DNA of 64,000 nt from Pocillopora damicornis (Eukaryota). Numbering within the stretch: position 1 is the stretch's first letter; every line of letters starts with the position of its first letter. The DNA lies in assembly GCF_003704095.1 (NCBI RefSeq), contig NW_020845097.1:248001-312000 (forward strand), read 5' to 3'. A model generated the notes under the pieces. That model was given only the letters and a program-made list of their open reading frames with translations, made no database searches and was not told the origin of the DNA. This document shows positions 23,401 to 37,570 of this stretch, in pieces. The position numbers and the translations under genes are program-made.

Positions 23401-25172
23401 CTTGTTCTATGTACGTAAGATCTTTAAAAAAATCATCACACCTCGAAAAAATTTTATCAATTTGTAACGCCACCAAGTTCTTAAAAGTTGCCTTAAAGAG
23501 CCCACGCAGCAAGTTTAGCGGGGGCCATAACAAAGAACACGTTAACGGTAATAACGTGCCAACGGAAGTCTTGATTTTAATTCCCCAAATTTATAGTGTT
23601 AAGAAGTTTTTAAACCCTCATTAAACGATTCTCAAATCAAAGTTATTATTAGTGCAATCAAATCTCTACCGCTGCTCATGATGTTTTCTGCTTCCTGAAC
23701 CTGATATTCAATATTTTTTCCAAACCTGCAGAAACATCACGGTATAAGACCAATCTACTGAGCTGAATGGAAATGAACAAAGCACCACTGCTCACTGAAA
23801 ATAAAATCAAGGCAGCGGCTGATATTAATTGCGCATCAGCAGTCCTCTTTCAGTTAATTTTCAGTAATGGAAAATTCGTTAGCAGTGTCAAGAAGAGGAG
23901 GTCTGTCTGATCTTTCTTCTCGTCAAGGTTTTTAAATTGCATTCCTGTTCTACGAGATCAACTTTAAATTTTCGGCCAGTAGCACAAAGAGCTTTTAAGT
24001 TATTAGCTTGCATATCAGATGTTGCTTACATTTGTCACTTACCTATCTGGGGTAAGCAAAACGTTCAGTTTATTCACGCACAAAGTTGTCAAAAAACAAC
24101 CCAAAAACACCCATTTTCTATACTGCCTTTACTATCTGAGACGATACCAAAACCAATTTCAACGATAAGGGAATGAATAATAATTTCGCCCTCATTCTGA
24201 ACCTGACAATCAAGGGCACTTGTTGGTTTTTTCGACATGTAAATTAAACCTGTCACGAACTTTCAAAGAAATTTGCAGAGGTCCGTTCGCCGGCAAAGGC
24301 CATTTAAAGGACGTATAACGGACATTTAGCACCAGCATGCAATGCATATGCCGAAGTTTGAGGGGGGACGACTTAAGAACAATTATGATCCTCTTGCCTC
24401 CATATCAGAATTAACTGTGCATATTAATAAACGTGAAAGAGTATGTAATACAAATTACTCATACATTCAATATGCTCTTACTTTGTTCGCTTGCCCGAAC
24501 CTTCTTCAATCCTTTTACTTAATTTATTCCTCTTGTTGATGAACGACTTGCTATAAACCCTAATTTATTTCTGTTATTCTTCAGTACTTTTTAATAAAGC
24601 ATAGTACTAGAAGCTGATGTTTCTTAAGTTTGAAAGTCTTTCTGAATATCTTACGTGTCTTCTTTACTACTCTATTTTTCCCATGATAATTACCCATATG
24701 TATCGTGTTCAATACTCATGGTTGGAACGAACAGTGGAAGAACGATGGGAATAAATCAAGTGCGGGACAAAAAGTTAGACAAAAAGCAAGACAGGAATGA
24801 ACGCTCTTAATTTGGATTCATTTCAGTCTTCATGTATGAAAACGGTTGCAGGCAGTCGAAGAAATTTTAACCGACGCTTTAACTGAGCACTGAAAGTGAA
24901 CTGCAGAATATACTGAGCTGCAGGGGGTGGGCAGGCTCGTTTTCTTTTTTCCCAAAGAAGGCCGCTTTATGCTGTAATGTTACAATTTTTCAAGAGAAGC
25001 TACATTTCTTTCTTCCTGGAGTTAACGTGGATTGAAATGAATGTGTGGATTCGCTCACTTTTCAAGTACGCGTTGATTAAGTGGTATCATTTAATTGAAC
25101 TTTCAACTTTGCATTTAAATTTTCTTTAGATAAAAATATAAATTGCATTAAAGAATGCGTGGAAACCACATT

Positions 25173-28100
25173 TTAGTTCCTCGGCACACGGTGCCGAATT
25201 ATCGTGTCGGCAACATTTCCAAGTTTTACTTTAGGTCTGTTGAGTACAGCAATAAGATCCGATATAGTCTTTCCTTGACTTCCCAATTTCTCAAGTAATC
25301 GTTTAGTTGGGCTTTCATCTTTAAGAGTTCCTAAGTGTTCATAGTATTTGAATTCTGTAGGAGGAATTCCAACCGCGTTTGCTACTATCTGCCAACCGAA
25401 TGTCCTGCTATGATGTACAGACTGTACGTCACCCTGTGGAACATCCAGACGCATCACCAGTTCATCCAGGAGGTCTGGGGGCATATCTGCTAGATTGAGA
25501 TCTAAGGTAGAATCGATTTCAATTCTTTAGTATTGTTTCTGTCATGTTTTGGTGTCTTGTTTCAAATATAGAGTTGGAGTGAATTTTTAAAATCTATGAT
25601 TTTTCAGAGATGATAATGTTCATGAAAAAACTTCACGCTTCTGATTGGCTGAAAGCGAGTGCAAATGTTGTAACACGAGTGCAAATTACAAATAGCGCGA
25701 GCTGTCAAAATTTTGTCTGTCTTGATTTATTGTGATGCTTTGTTCATGTAAATTACATGAAAGCCTGGTTCGCACCAATGAAAGAAAGACAAAACGACAA
25801 AAGCGTTATGAAAAGGCAAGGTCATTCCTTCGCTATCTTCTAGTGTGAAAAAGTAGAAATAACCACATCGGTACAACATAGTGATAGTATGTCAGGAATA
25901 TTGATATGAAGACATAATCAATTAATATCAACCTAACTAGCAACCTAGTCATAATGACATAATGAGAAAATTGATTTTTCCTCGGTGCCTTTGTGTCGTG
26001 TGTGTTGATCAGATACAACCGATCTTGGTTTCCTTACCCTGTGACACTGTAACAGTGCTTGCTTCGTTGAGGGTCTCATCGGTAGTTTCTCCTTCTGCAC
26101 TGTCCAAGGTGAAACCTAAGTAGTAATCATGAAAATATAATAATATATTTCGAGAGGAAAACTATTTAGAGAACTTACTTTGAACAAGCAGCTAAGAAAT
26201 AAAGCTCACTAGGAACGATATGACAACGGCGTGGCATAGTTGCAATTTTCTCAGTTTGACGTAGATCTCGATAGATAGTGGTATCGACTTAGTTGCTATT
26301 AATATATTCTTATGTTCTGACCCATTATTCTTCTTACCTGTACTTTGAGGTTCTGTGGAGTCTGATGACGTTCTTTTTAACTCCTTCGGGTCTTGTAGCA
26401 TCTTGCAGACACACTTTTTGTATAAGGTATACAAGAGAAGTCCCATAAGTACCAGAAAAACAGCGGCTAAAATTGTTCCGGCAAAGCTGCCGAGGGCCGA
26501 GTTCAGGAATTCATTTTGCGCAGCGTCATCGTGTGGTGTTACCTCTCCCAACTCTGTTACTTCTTTTAGTGGAGTCTCAGTTGTTTGAAAAGTGATGTAA
26601 TTTTTTCCAAGTGACGCTTGAGAAGAAACCTGCTCTTCCACTTCAATCGCAGGAATTTTGGTCCCGTTGAATCTCCTTTTCGGTGTTAAAAGATGGTTTG
26701 AATTTTTACTTTGGTCCGTTATTGGCTGCTCAACCTCCTCCTCCTTTATGTTTTTAATGGGAGGAATCCTAAGAAAATCTAATTCTTCTTCTAGTTCATC
26801 CCAGTAGGAATTTTTTCCCGTTTGGCTGTCCCTGTTGTTCAAAGACTGATCACTTTTTGATTCAACTTCGGCCTCCAAGTCTCGTTTTACTATAGTCAAT
26901 GAAACATTTTTGTCGTTGGAGTCCAATTGGTCAAATTGGCTCATATTTTTCATACGACTTTGCTTCAGTGACATAGTGGGTTCTTTCGTTAACGCTTCGT
27001 TGTTCATAGCATTCGTAGATCTTGCAATCTTTTTATTCAAATATTTCCTTGTTTTTGTCGACCGTGCGCAACTTTCTCTACATTTTTTCGATATCAAGCA
27101 TTCTATTTGAGCCGCATAACTTTTTGGACAACAACCAGAGCAAGGTTTGCATCCGTGTGTTTTTTCATCTTCGTAGTGTCTCTTTGGACAGTCTTGACAT
27201 TCTGTGTTTTTCTCTGTGGTGCAAGAGCTAATGATGTTTCTTGATTCACAATCACTGCATATCTTGCAGGACCTACTGTCGACTTTGTCTGAATATGTTC
27301 CTGGTTTGCAAGGTATGCATTCACCAGCAGGTTTTGTATCCAATGTAATACCACACGGTGCTGAAGGTTCCTTCCCAGGAGGGCATACAGGGCAAGCGAA
27401 ACATTTGATCCTTCCGCTTTCATCTTCATGAACAGTGTAAGTCTCTGGGGGACATTTAGTAAGACCGTCTGGGTAAAATTCACTGCTGTCTTGCAAATCC
27501 TCTAAAAAATTCCATAGCTGTACAATCAATAAGGAAAGAGAAAGTGTCACAATTGTTTTTGGAATATTCAGCTCTATTGCCTTATTTGTCGAACTATCAC
27601 TTATACAACATACAATAAGAATAATTGTTTGAATATAATTACTTGGAAGATCAACAAGGCTACTACATTTTAATTTACTTTCTTTAAGAAAAAGCAACAG
27701 ATCGTGCTTCGGCTAGTTAAAAAAAATTGTGCTTCGAGATAACTAGATAAATAGACAGTTTATTAAAATATTCAAATTACTAGCCTCCTAGGGCTGAATT
27801 GCATGAAATTTACTAAAAAGTTAAAGTTATGTACACATTTATAAAATAAACAATTTTATGTGCTATAAAACGATTATAGAAGAAACTACGTATAAAAGTT
27901 TTACCGATTGGACATGAATGTGTTCGTGTAACCATTAGAGTGCATTTTTGGCAACCTAAATTGCGATGGTTTTTAAAATTGTATCGATCTGGTAATGCTT
28001 TTGGGTAGTAACAGATGATGGAGTTTATGTGCAGTATTAGATACGACTGAGAGTCAAAGAGTTTATAACACCGTTCTTTCCGCCTGTCTCATTCAAACAT

Positions 28101-28519
28101 CTGATACAAAAGGCCAGGAGAAAATTCGAAAGCCAGGTAACAGTTGTTATTGCCGTACACGACGTGGTCAGAGCGAGATATGACTTCGTTCTCCATTAAT
28201 CAACAGAGCCTGTGCATCCCTCAGATCACGCAAGCTTTTAAATTAAGTGACAATATTCGTAGTATTCAATTAAGCATACGAATTCTATGCTGAAGCCCAT
28301 AACGTTAAGTAAGCAATCTGGTTTAAATTGAAATTAAAGCAAATACTATAAATGGCCTCATTTTTTAGGGAGATTAATTATTCTAATATTAGTTTCGTAA
28401 TAATTCATACTAGATGACTGACTTACCCACAACAAGAAGAGGAACCCCAAAATAAATAGCACTAGCATAAATGGCAATATTATTTGATAATAACTTCTAA
28501 TTCTGCCATATTTTGCCAT
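25173..28519 (-). CDS. TNFR-B: TNF receptor superfamily member with death domain (559 aa)
   Basis: Exons 28427-28519 (MAKYGR...LFLLW, signal), 26338-27517, 26038-26115, 25173-25501; 1680 nt in frame. CRDs CFACPVCPPGKEPSAPCG..CIPCKPGTYSD; TM FAGTILAAVFLVLMGLLLYTLY; DD LDV...GWQIVANAVGI...SPTKRLLEKL. Confidence 0.85.
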
Positions 28520-30784
28520 GATGGGATCATGTTGTCTTCTATCGACGGTGCTACGAAAGGGTCTTACCTGTATAACAATGATAAAATAGGAATAATATTC
28601 AATTTGCACTGCAAAGGCGCCGTGAGTAGAGCTAGAGGTTGGTTTAATAAGTGCATGTTTGCACAACAAGTAAATAAATGTAGCTCGTATGATTGATACA
28701 ATTTAAAAAACTATGAATACTGACAAAAATCAATTACAAAGAGTAGGTGTTGTCCTCTTTGATTATTTTGCAGAAATGTATTTTGCAAGTAAATTGAATT
28801 GTAAACCGGAAGCAATAATAAAAGTTGTATCAGTGATCATCTAATAAACCTTAAAAATTGCTTTTGCCTTGTGGAGGTAAGCTCAAACAAATGAATTTGT
28901 ATTTGCCTAATTAATCAATTCGAACAATGAAAGTTTTGATGGTAATTGAACAATTAATTCACATATTGAAAGCAGGCTTTATTTGTCATAGTCTGTAAGT
29001 CTGACAGACTTAGGAAACACTAACAGGAATTTTTGTGAACAAGTCAGTCAGAAATCTTGGTGACCTACATCTCGTGCATTGGTTATCTGGGAACCCTTGC
29101 TAGTGTCCACCTGAAACCTGACGCGCATTTAACGGAGATTCCGTTACTAGCGCGATAACTTAGCATAACTCGTAACAGATAGCAGCCATGTTGTTTATAA
29201 TTAAACTCTCGGAAGGTAAGAGTAATTTTTTTTCTTGGTCAAAGAACTCACTTTTCCTTTCTTCCCCCCAAGTGAAAATAGGCAAAAATTGACTGTGTAG
29301 CAAACTAGAATAATTATTTATCAACAAAGTATACGATGCATTAAATATTCGTTGTAAGGCTTAAAAATTTTCTACGCTATGTAAGCCTTCCGTTTGAGAT
29401 CGAGAATGTAGAGGCAATTGATGCAGGTCGTGAAAGGTCTCACACGACTCTACCATAGTAACGCCGCAACATCACTGAATTATTCTGTTGAAAGGAAAAA
29501 TGGTCCATATTATTCTGAAGAAAATTGGTCATTTTATGTCTTAATCTTTGAAATTGCACAACAAAATATCAATTTTCAACATCCACAATCATCAGCAACT
29601 GATATTGAACTCGTAAGACACGTATTGGTTTAGTTTACGATTACTCTTATCTCCACCGTTCTTGAAAACATAAGATCGGCCTTAAAAACAACGCAACTTT
29701 CAGAACGTGGAATTCAGAATTAACTACATCCTTACCGTCGAGGTCTTAAGAAGGAGAGAGTATGTTGCTTGGTCTGTTCGAGACTGAATTCCTGTTGAGC
29801 AGTTCTTCCTGTGAACGGTATACAGGAGTTATACGTCCAGAAGAGTCTCTCCTTCGATAGCCCTATCGTAGATAAATTTGAGTCTTAATTAGAAGATACC
29901 TTCCCGGAGTATATAAACGGATATAATGCTGTGTTGCTGGAAAATCCACAAGTAGATGTACTAACACTAATACCCGTCGTGATGAGCGTGACCTTGCTTG
30001 GTGAAGATTAATGCAAATTTGCGGCCGCTTTCTCGGAAATTGTACTGATTTGTCATTGGTCAACCAAGGGTGATTATATTAAGCTCTTGGATACTTTTCG
30101 TTTAAACTTCAAACCGGATCATTCTATCGTGAATAATACAGAAAGGACTTAATGACAGGAAACATTTATGTTTAAGGAGACATTCTTCTTTCCTTTCATA
30201 TACCGGAAGGACTTTATAATCCTAGTTAAATGTCAACTTGGCTGTCTTTCTGACGCATCCTAACAGGTCGGAATGCTTTATCCTTATTTTCATCGACAGT
30301 AGCCGGTGCACAAGGATTTTTTTCCATATTTTGGTATCTTTCGCTCTTCCTTTAAAGATTAATAAACGCAAATTAACCTCAACCCATCCTTGCATGGCAA
30401 GGAAGGTCGCGCTAATAAGATCGTGGTAATTTGTTTGGAGATTGGCGTTGTAATGTCTCTAATGGCCATCGGCTACGCTCAAGACCCCGAACATAATTGT
30501 TCTCGCTATGGACCTCTTGCCCTTTTAAAAGCGTTTATATTTTGTCTTTTCTTTTATGATAAAATACGCGCTTTATGCCAGGAAAATTGGTTGATGCAAA
30601 TTGTAAAAACTAGGCTTTCACAGAACATTTAAATGAACTTTAAATAGGAGGAACACGCTTCATGATCCTTCTTTGTTTGGAGAGAAATCGAACTGATAGC
30701 CTTTGTTTTCAGGCGGAAAATTATCTCTGATTTTTTTCCTCGGAAAAACAACGAATTTGAAAACAGGATTCTAAAAGAATTTCT

Positions 30785-30787
<3 letters not shown>

Positions 30788-30815
<28 letters not shown>

Positions 30816-31400
30816 ATGAGTAAAAGGAGAGACTCCCATACGCCTTTTCATTTACCTTACGGTTGCAAACATCGGCGAAGTGACACTCGTGAAGAGTACA
30901 GCCTCTAACTCGATTGAAATTTCTGCAAATATTTTTATCATCAGGACTGTAATCTGCGAAAGCTGTAGCCCCTGGGAGGCTTTGCCTAATGAAGGCCTGG
31001 TTGTAATTACCATCGGCTCTGAGGAAAATGTGTGCAGACGGTGGGTGCCAAAACTCCACGCGTAATCATAGATGGCTTGAATGTGATGAAATTCATCAGC
31101 AACCCTGATGGCCGGCTACGTTTAACACTAAGTTCCATAATTTTGAAGGTTTAGGCGAGATAGTACTACATATTCTGAAGGGATGGTCGCTTCGCACAAG
31201 AGGGCAACTGGTGGAAAATCCAACAGTTCCCTATAACCCGCTGGGCCAAGAACTGATTTTAGGTCTAGAGGAAATCGAAGGTTTCTCACCCTCTACAGTT
31301 TGGGTCGGATTTAAATACATCTTCAACTCTTGAGCAGCTTCAGGTCCCACCAGAGGCCCGTCCAGATTATTTGAAAACGTGCTCGGCTCAGCTGGATGGC
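30788..31400 (-). mobile_element. Degenerate retroelement fragments (DIRS-gag-like CCCH finger; Penelope terminal motif at 30788-30815)
   Basis: CRNFNRVRGCTLHECHFADVC; minus strand ACGAAGGGCTAACGCTTGAAACGTCAGC. Confidence 0.45.
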
Positions 31401-31684
31401 CAATTTGGTCTGTTTACGTCCCCGCAATCAACGCGTCCAGCGGTGTCTGTGGGATGCTCTTGGTTGCTCATATAGCCCTGGACGCACTTGTCCCAACCAA
31501 CATGGCCACCGAATATTGTTGAATGGTAAAACTGAGTTGTCGATCCGTACGGTCCGTACGGAGTGTCTAATATGTTCACGAATCGTAAGGCTGTGTGGCC
31601 ATAAACGGATTGATGATTCGTACGAGCCCTACGGATCGTCTACGACTCCTAAAGTTTTCTAGCCGATCCGTGATCCTCATGTGC

Positions 31685-31915
31685 GAAGTGCACAAACAAC
31701 AAGAGCACTCCACAGGCTACTAAAAAGCACCACGCAAAGTGCAGAAACAACAATAATATTCTACGTTCTACCAAAAGAGCACTGTACAGAGTGCACCAAC
31801 AACACGAGTATTCCATGTTCTACTTAGATGCACTGCGCAACAAGAAGTGCATTCCTCGTTCTGCTAAAAAGCACCGCGAAGTGCACGAACGAGAAGTTTA
31901 TTTCTTGATCTGCTT
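31685..31915 (+). repeat. Degenerate tandem repeat of about 45-50 bp
   Basis: Recurring AGTGCACAAACAACA...TTCTAC..AAAAGCAC units. Confidence 0.55.
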
Positions 31916-32266
31916 AAAAAAAAAAAGTATAAGAAATATGTAGTTTTTGTATCTAACAGATTGCGTGTGAAGAGATAGCATCTGCAATAGGAGCAAGTTT
32001 ACACGTAGGGCTTACTTGTCCAATAGTTGGAAAAGAGTATCAGTTGAGCCAAGTTGCCGATACATGCATGTATAGTGCAGAAGGAAAAGGTGCCAGAGGG
32101 AAATTGGTCTTGGTTGTTTAATTGGGAAAGTATTAGTTGGAAATTGCCTGCTTGTTTCTTTGATTATAATTAGTCTCGTCTAGGTTTAAAAATTATGTGT
32201 TTTCAGAAGAATTTTCTACTGTAGATAATGATTTCAAGATTAGGTTTGAAATAAGTTACTGTACTC

Positions 32267-32361
32267 GGTTTACGGTCAAGTCGCCCGGAAGTCAGCTCGC
32301 CCGACGTCACGTCACCCGGAACCTGAGTCACGTCGCCTAAAATATTCGTCATGTCGCCCGA
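32267..32361 (+). mobile_element. DNA transposon end with GTCGCCC subterminal repeats
   Basis: Five GTCGCCC/CTCGCCC/GTCACCC-like units within 95 bp. Confidence 0.4.
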
Positions 32362-33295
32362 TTTTTTTTGTTATCACTTGTAAAAACATCAGATAGCATA
32401 TTTTTAGAAACTGTGGAAGGTACCGATCGATCGAAACACCTTTTAGGGGTTCATACTTACGTTACCGATCCTTTACTAGCGAAATGTCACTGTAAATGCG
32501 ACCTGATTCTCAGTAGTTACAAATAGGATTAAATACACGGAGCTAAATTAATATTCTTTATCAAGGGAAAATCCTATTCAGGCATTATAACCATTATAAG
32601 TATCAAAATGCACAATACACTGCACAGAAAAATCAAGCATACAAAAATAATAACAGTACTTTAATTATGCAAAACAGCACCTTCACTAAAAACAATATTT
32701 AATGACAACTATGTAAAAAAATAATAATTTCAACTGTTTCTGCTTTTCATTAGTGCTTATTTGTTTTATCTTACTTTACAGATCATTTTACATTTAACCC
32801 TTTCACTCTCAAAATCTAACTCTCCTCATGATTTAACTTTCATTTCTAATGGTATTTCTGAGAATTTAGTAGTGAATTAATTGATGGTGTCCTGGTTGCC
32901 GTTGTACCTTTCTTTGTTCTCATCACCTGCCTACTTTTTATGCTACACTAGATATTATTAGGAGAAATTATGTGACACAATTATTCTCCAAAAACCTGAT
33001 TGGGTACCTCAAAAAAGTTAAATCCACTAAGTTAAGATAATTTCTCACTGTAGCTAAATCTCTATTCGCAATTAGTCCACCATTGAGCACATTTCCGGTG
33101 AAAATCATTGAATGATTGTTTTCCAGCTAGCCAATTTCATAATTCAGTCTACATGTGATTATTAGTTAGGACCACCCTAACTGGAAATGTAATCAGGTTT
33201 TTTAGAGGAAGAACTACATTTTGCTGTTTTTTTCGTGTTGGAAGCTATCTCCCAGAAGATAACCTCAAACGTTGTCAATAAAGTCTAAATGTCTT

Positions 33296-33533
33296 GCCCG
33301 GGTTGTTCAAATCTGAGTTAAGATAACCCAAGGTTAGCATGGAATTTGATTTCAGGTCTGAAAGCTTTAAAAGAAAATTCGGTTAAAACTTTTTGCTTGC
33401 AATTTGATCATTGAATGTTCTAAAAAGAATAGGGAAAATTTTCACTAAAAGGGTTTGGAAAAAAGAAGTATAGAAACCTGCATTAAAATTTAACCCTGGG
33501 CTGACACAAATCGGCCTTTGAACAACTGGGCCC
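33296..33533. mobile_element. MITE with GGCCCAGTTGTTCAAA-type TIRs
   Basis: GCCCGGGTTGTTCAAA...TTTGAACAACTGGGCCC. Confidence 0.7.
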
Positions 33534-34151
33534 TGAACTTTAAACTTACTTACATAACTAATGCAACTGTGTTTAAGTGTAATGATGTTTCATCTATTTA
33601 AACTACTGAGTTGTAAATATCCTATAATTTTTGGAGGAGAGAAGGTGACATTTTATCATTTTAGAGTTAATTTGCTACTTTCACAAGTGCCACAGCCCTC
33701 GATGAAAAATAATACCTCCAGTATTATGTTTCCTGACAAATTCATGCAATTCCCCGTGAACATTATAATCACTAATTATAATCTACATTTACTGGTAGTT
33801 AGGTTATCTCACGCAAAGTGTTATTTTGCATGATATAACATACATTAATTGTCATCAGACTGAAATTTTTAAAAATAACACTAGGAGATTTAAGTCAGTC
33901 AGGTTATTAATTTTTATGGCTTATTGACATGCATCAGTGAAAGGTTTGATTGATATCTATTATGTAGAAAGATTGAAAAAATTGACCCTTAAAATAAACG
34001 GTTTGAATTAGCCACTCAGAGTGGGCTGTAAGCAATGATTTTTAGACCCCCCAAAAATGTACTCAAAACTACACGTGAACTTCATTCATCAGCTACATGC
34101 ATACCAGGTAGCTGTCTGCAACTCTTTCTCTGCTTTTTGGAGTCAAGGTAT

Positions 34152-37100
34152 TCATTTTACTTCATTTTGTAAATGTAGACGGATGCGTTGAACAAAATCT
34201 CGACGTTTTACGTCTGGGCTCTCTAGGATATCTATAAGGTCAGCAATGGTGAATTCTGGACGTGTCGCTCTCAGTTTTCTTAACAGTTCTCCTGTAGCTG
34301 GACTTTCCATTGACTTTCCGTTTTCCCAGTAATCCAGATCGTCCTGGTCAATCTGTAATGCCTTTCCCACTTTTTTCCAACCACAGTCCACTTCAAGTTT
34401 CTTAACGAGGATGTCTTCAAGAAAGGGGGATATGTCACTTAAGGGTGTATCTGGAATTTAGGTACATATAGGTGATTGAAGTGAGATAAGATTATTAATA
34501 CTGTATCACTAGAACTTTTCATCTTGTCTTTTTTCATTAAGAAATCTTTTGATTGAAAAAGAACCTCTCTTTTAGAGTTACTCACTTTCAAGGCCAGCAG
34601 CAGATGTGCTTTTCTCAGAAAAGCTGCCTTCCAAATTGCCATTGATTAGAGAGACTTGTGTGTCGTCACCTAAAAAAAAATGAAAAGAGACAGTGGCGAG
34701 ATCCTACACAAAAGAAAAAAATATAATAAATTTTAGGTAGCTTGACTCTCATTAGTTTGACACTCCTTAATATTGCATCGTACATTTTTGTCATTTTCTT
34801 TTTTTAACCCTACCAACATCATATGTACTTACAAAACTAAGTTTATTTGCTGATTACAGAAAAAAACTTACAGAAAAATTTCTTACAAGCCAGAGACTAA
34901 TCAAAGTGCAAACACTGCATGAATACAGAGAAAGTAGGATGCTTAGAACCCAAAATGAATGGCCTCTTCTCTATGAAGCAAGTACATAAATTGTGAAAAT
35001 ACTGTGGCTGTGATTCTTACAGTTAAGTTATCCGAGGGTAATAAATGGCCATGGACCCCAAGAAATGAGATTGGCGGTTTATTTTGATCAAGGACGTGTC
35101 AAATTTGCTGGGGTTGTTTGATAAGTAGAATCATTTTTCAGGCAATGAGTCTCAACAGTTCAAAGATCTTTGCCTTTAGTTTATACATAGATTTTCTGGT
35201 AGAGACTTTTTTCTTACCGATTTGATGAGTTGTTTCATCCAGTAGCTGTTTATATTCTTCGGTACTCTTCAGATTTATACAACAATTAAACACACAATAT
35301 CTAGGCTGAAGATGTCTTGACTGCCTTTTACAACAGAAGTATACTATGACGCAAACTGTGAACAGCGCCAAAATAGATATGGCCACAATAACGATTATTA
35401 TAATCTTCACTAGTTTTGCGAAGTTCATTCCAAAACAGCTTGAAGCCATTTGCAAATTGGAATCGACAGTGTTGAAGTCAGTGGAGACAGTTCCAAATTC
35501 CTCGAATGATTTGGTGATGGTGGTTATAACAGTATCTGAATTATTGCTGAGAAGAGTGGCGATTTTTTCGTTTGCCAGTTTAGTGGTATTTCCTTCACTG
35601 ACTCCTTGCAGGACCTGCGGAACATCTCGTGTTACTCTCGTTCTTTTCAAAATGTTCTTCAATGCCAATTTCTTTGCGTTGCCTGAATTTTTACTGCTAG
35701 AAACACCTAGAAGTGGCGCTGGGTTTGGAGGATTTATTATCGTCGCAAACCTTTGAGAATTTATCTCCAATTTTTGAATATCATTTCCCTCATTTTCTAT
35801 TTCTTGAGTGCAGTTTGTTCTTAAGCATTGCCTGAGATAAAAGCACTCCACCTCAGCAAAGCGCTTCGGCGCACAACACGACGAACACTGTTTACAAGTG
35901 TCCACTGTGGGGCTCCATTGGAAGGTACCACGAGGACAGGTCCCACATTGTGCATTTTTGCTCGATGTACATGAGCTAACGGTTACTCTTGGACCGCATG
36001 TCAGACACAGTTTACAAATACCTCTTCCGCTAATGTCTTTAAAGGTTCCCGAGGGGCAAACGGTACAATTTATTAATGCATCTGGCTGTACTTTGCTGCC
36101 ACATGGTGGGGTAAGTTGTTGTCCTGGGGGACAGTCTGGGCATTCTTTGCATCCGGTTATCGAATTATGTCCTCCAAGAATCTGGTATGATGATCTTGTG
36201 CATGTTTCGCTTGGGTTGTCGTTAGTTTGGGGTATGTTCTAAATAGTATACAGCTGTTTCTGAGAAGCAAAATAAAATATTAAGTAATGCAAGCACCCTT
36301 TCATCAATTAAATGAACCTTTCCATCGGTGTTATCTACGGTGATCGGAATTCGTTATATAAGTTTCGCAATATAATCAGGTGACTCTGAGAATGTTTATT
36401 GGCTTTACCAAATAGGGTAGTTCGCGTGACTACCACTGGTTAAGAACATTGAGCGAATTGCAGTTCCTTCACAAATCCCTAATTGCTGCTGCTTTTGAAT
36501 TGCTCTACGAGTTCAAAGTTTTCCTTATGATGAGTTGTACGTTATCGCATATTCTACCGAGAGTGCTCGCATATGAATACTGCCATTTCACGTCAGCATA
36601 CCTTTAGCATTTAGATGCTAGAGGCGATTTGTTTTGCTGTAGTTGGCCTTAAAATCAGGTAACAAACCTGACACAAAGGTCTCTATAATTCATTGAGACC
36701 GGCCGCAAACGAAATTAATATAATTTAGAGAGCGAAATCAGACCACAAGTTGTCAAGTAGCGGCGAGTAAATCTTAATAATTCTCTTAGGAACCGTGCTT
36801 GGAATCAAATATATCTAGATAAAAAGTGGCGTTATACTTGAAGTTACTTGACTGCATGTAATTGCTTTCTAGACTTAAATTAATTTCGTACATTAGTTTT
36901 CTAGTTCTTCTGCTTACTTTATTCAAACATATAGTCAAAGAAAAACAATTGAACTGACACTTACAAAGCAAATTATGAATGTAACAAAGATGATCCAAAT
37001 AAATCTAAGGATCTTTGTACGCTCATGAACAGACAGCTCCATGGCTTCTCTTATCAAATAAGCGAGGGAATCTGTAAACTCCATCCTAATTGAACTTGTG

Positions 37101-37570
37101 GGGAGTATCGAAGCCTGAATTGAGAGAAGAAAGACAGCATTAAAAACCCAACGTTGTAAAATCAATTGATTTTCAGTCTAAACGGATGAGTAGCGTGGGA
37201 AGTGAATATGCCGAAATTTATAGTGTGACTTCCTAATGTTTACCTAGCGTTAAATCGTTGAGGTATACTAATTGAAGTTCTCGTCGCTTTACCCTCCTTA
37301 AGCCCTTATATGAATTTTCACATCTTATGAATCAACAGCTTGTTACAAGCCCCTATGAATAAATTACTTTCACGTTTTATATAATTCAATGTTGAAACGA
37401 GTAACGTGTAGTAACTGTGGAAATTTGTCTTTAAGCTTAAAAGAATATCGAAAGCCTCTCTAAGCTTGCTGTTGTAAATCAGAATATCAAGCAGTACAGG
37501 TGACAAATATCATTGAACAGCGATACTGTTCTTTAGTTATAAGGCATAGTACCTTACGATGTCTTCTCAT
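34152..37570 (-). CDS. TNFR-C: paralog of TNFR-A with death domain; in-frame TAG at 36239-36241 (pseudogene, or rescued by an alternative acceptor, 523 aa)
   Basis: Exons 37553-37570 (MRRHRK), 36965-37114, 35218-36253 (or 36238), 34586-34669, 34152-34450; otherwise open and collinear with TNFR-A. Confidence 0.75.

Noticed and set aside
30788-30825. Second hammerhead ribozyme
   Set aside because: CUGANGA core disrupted (CAUACGA); remnant only
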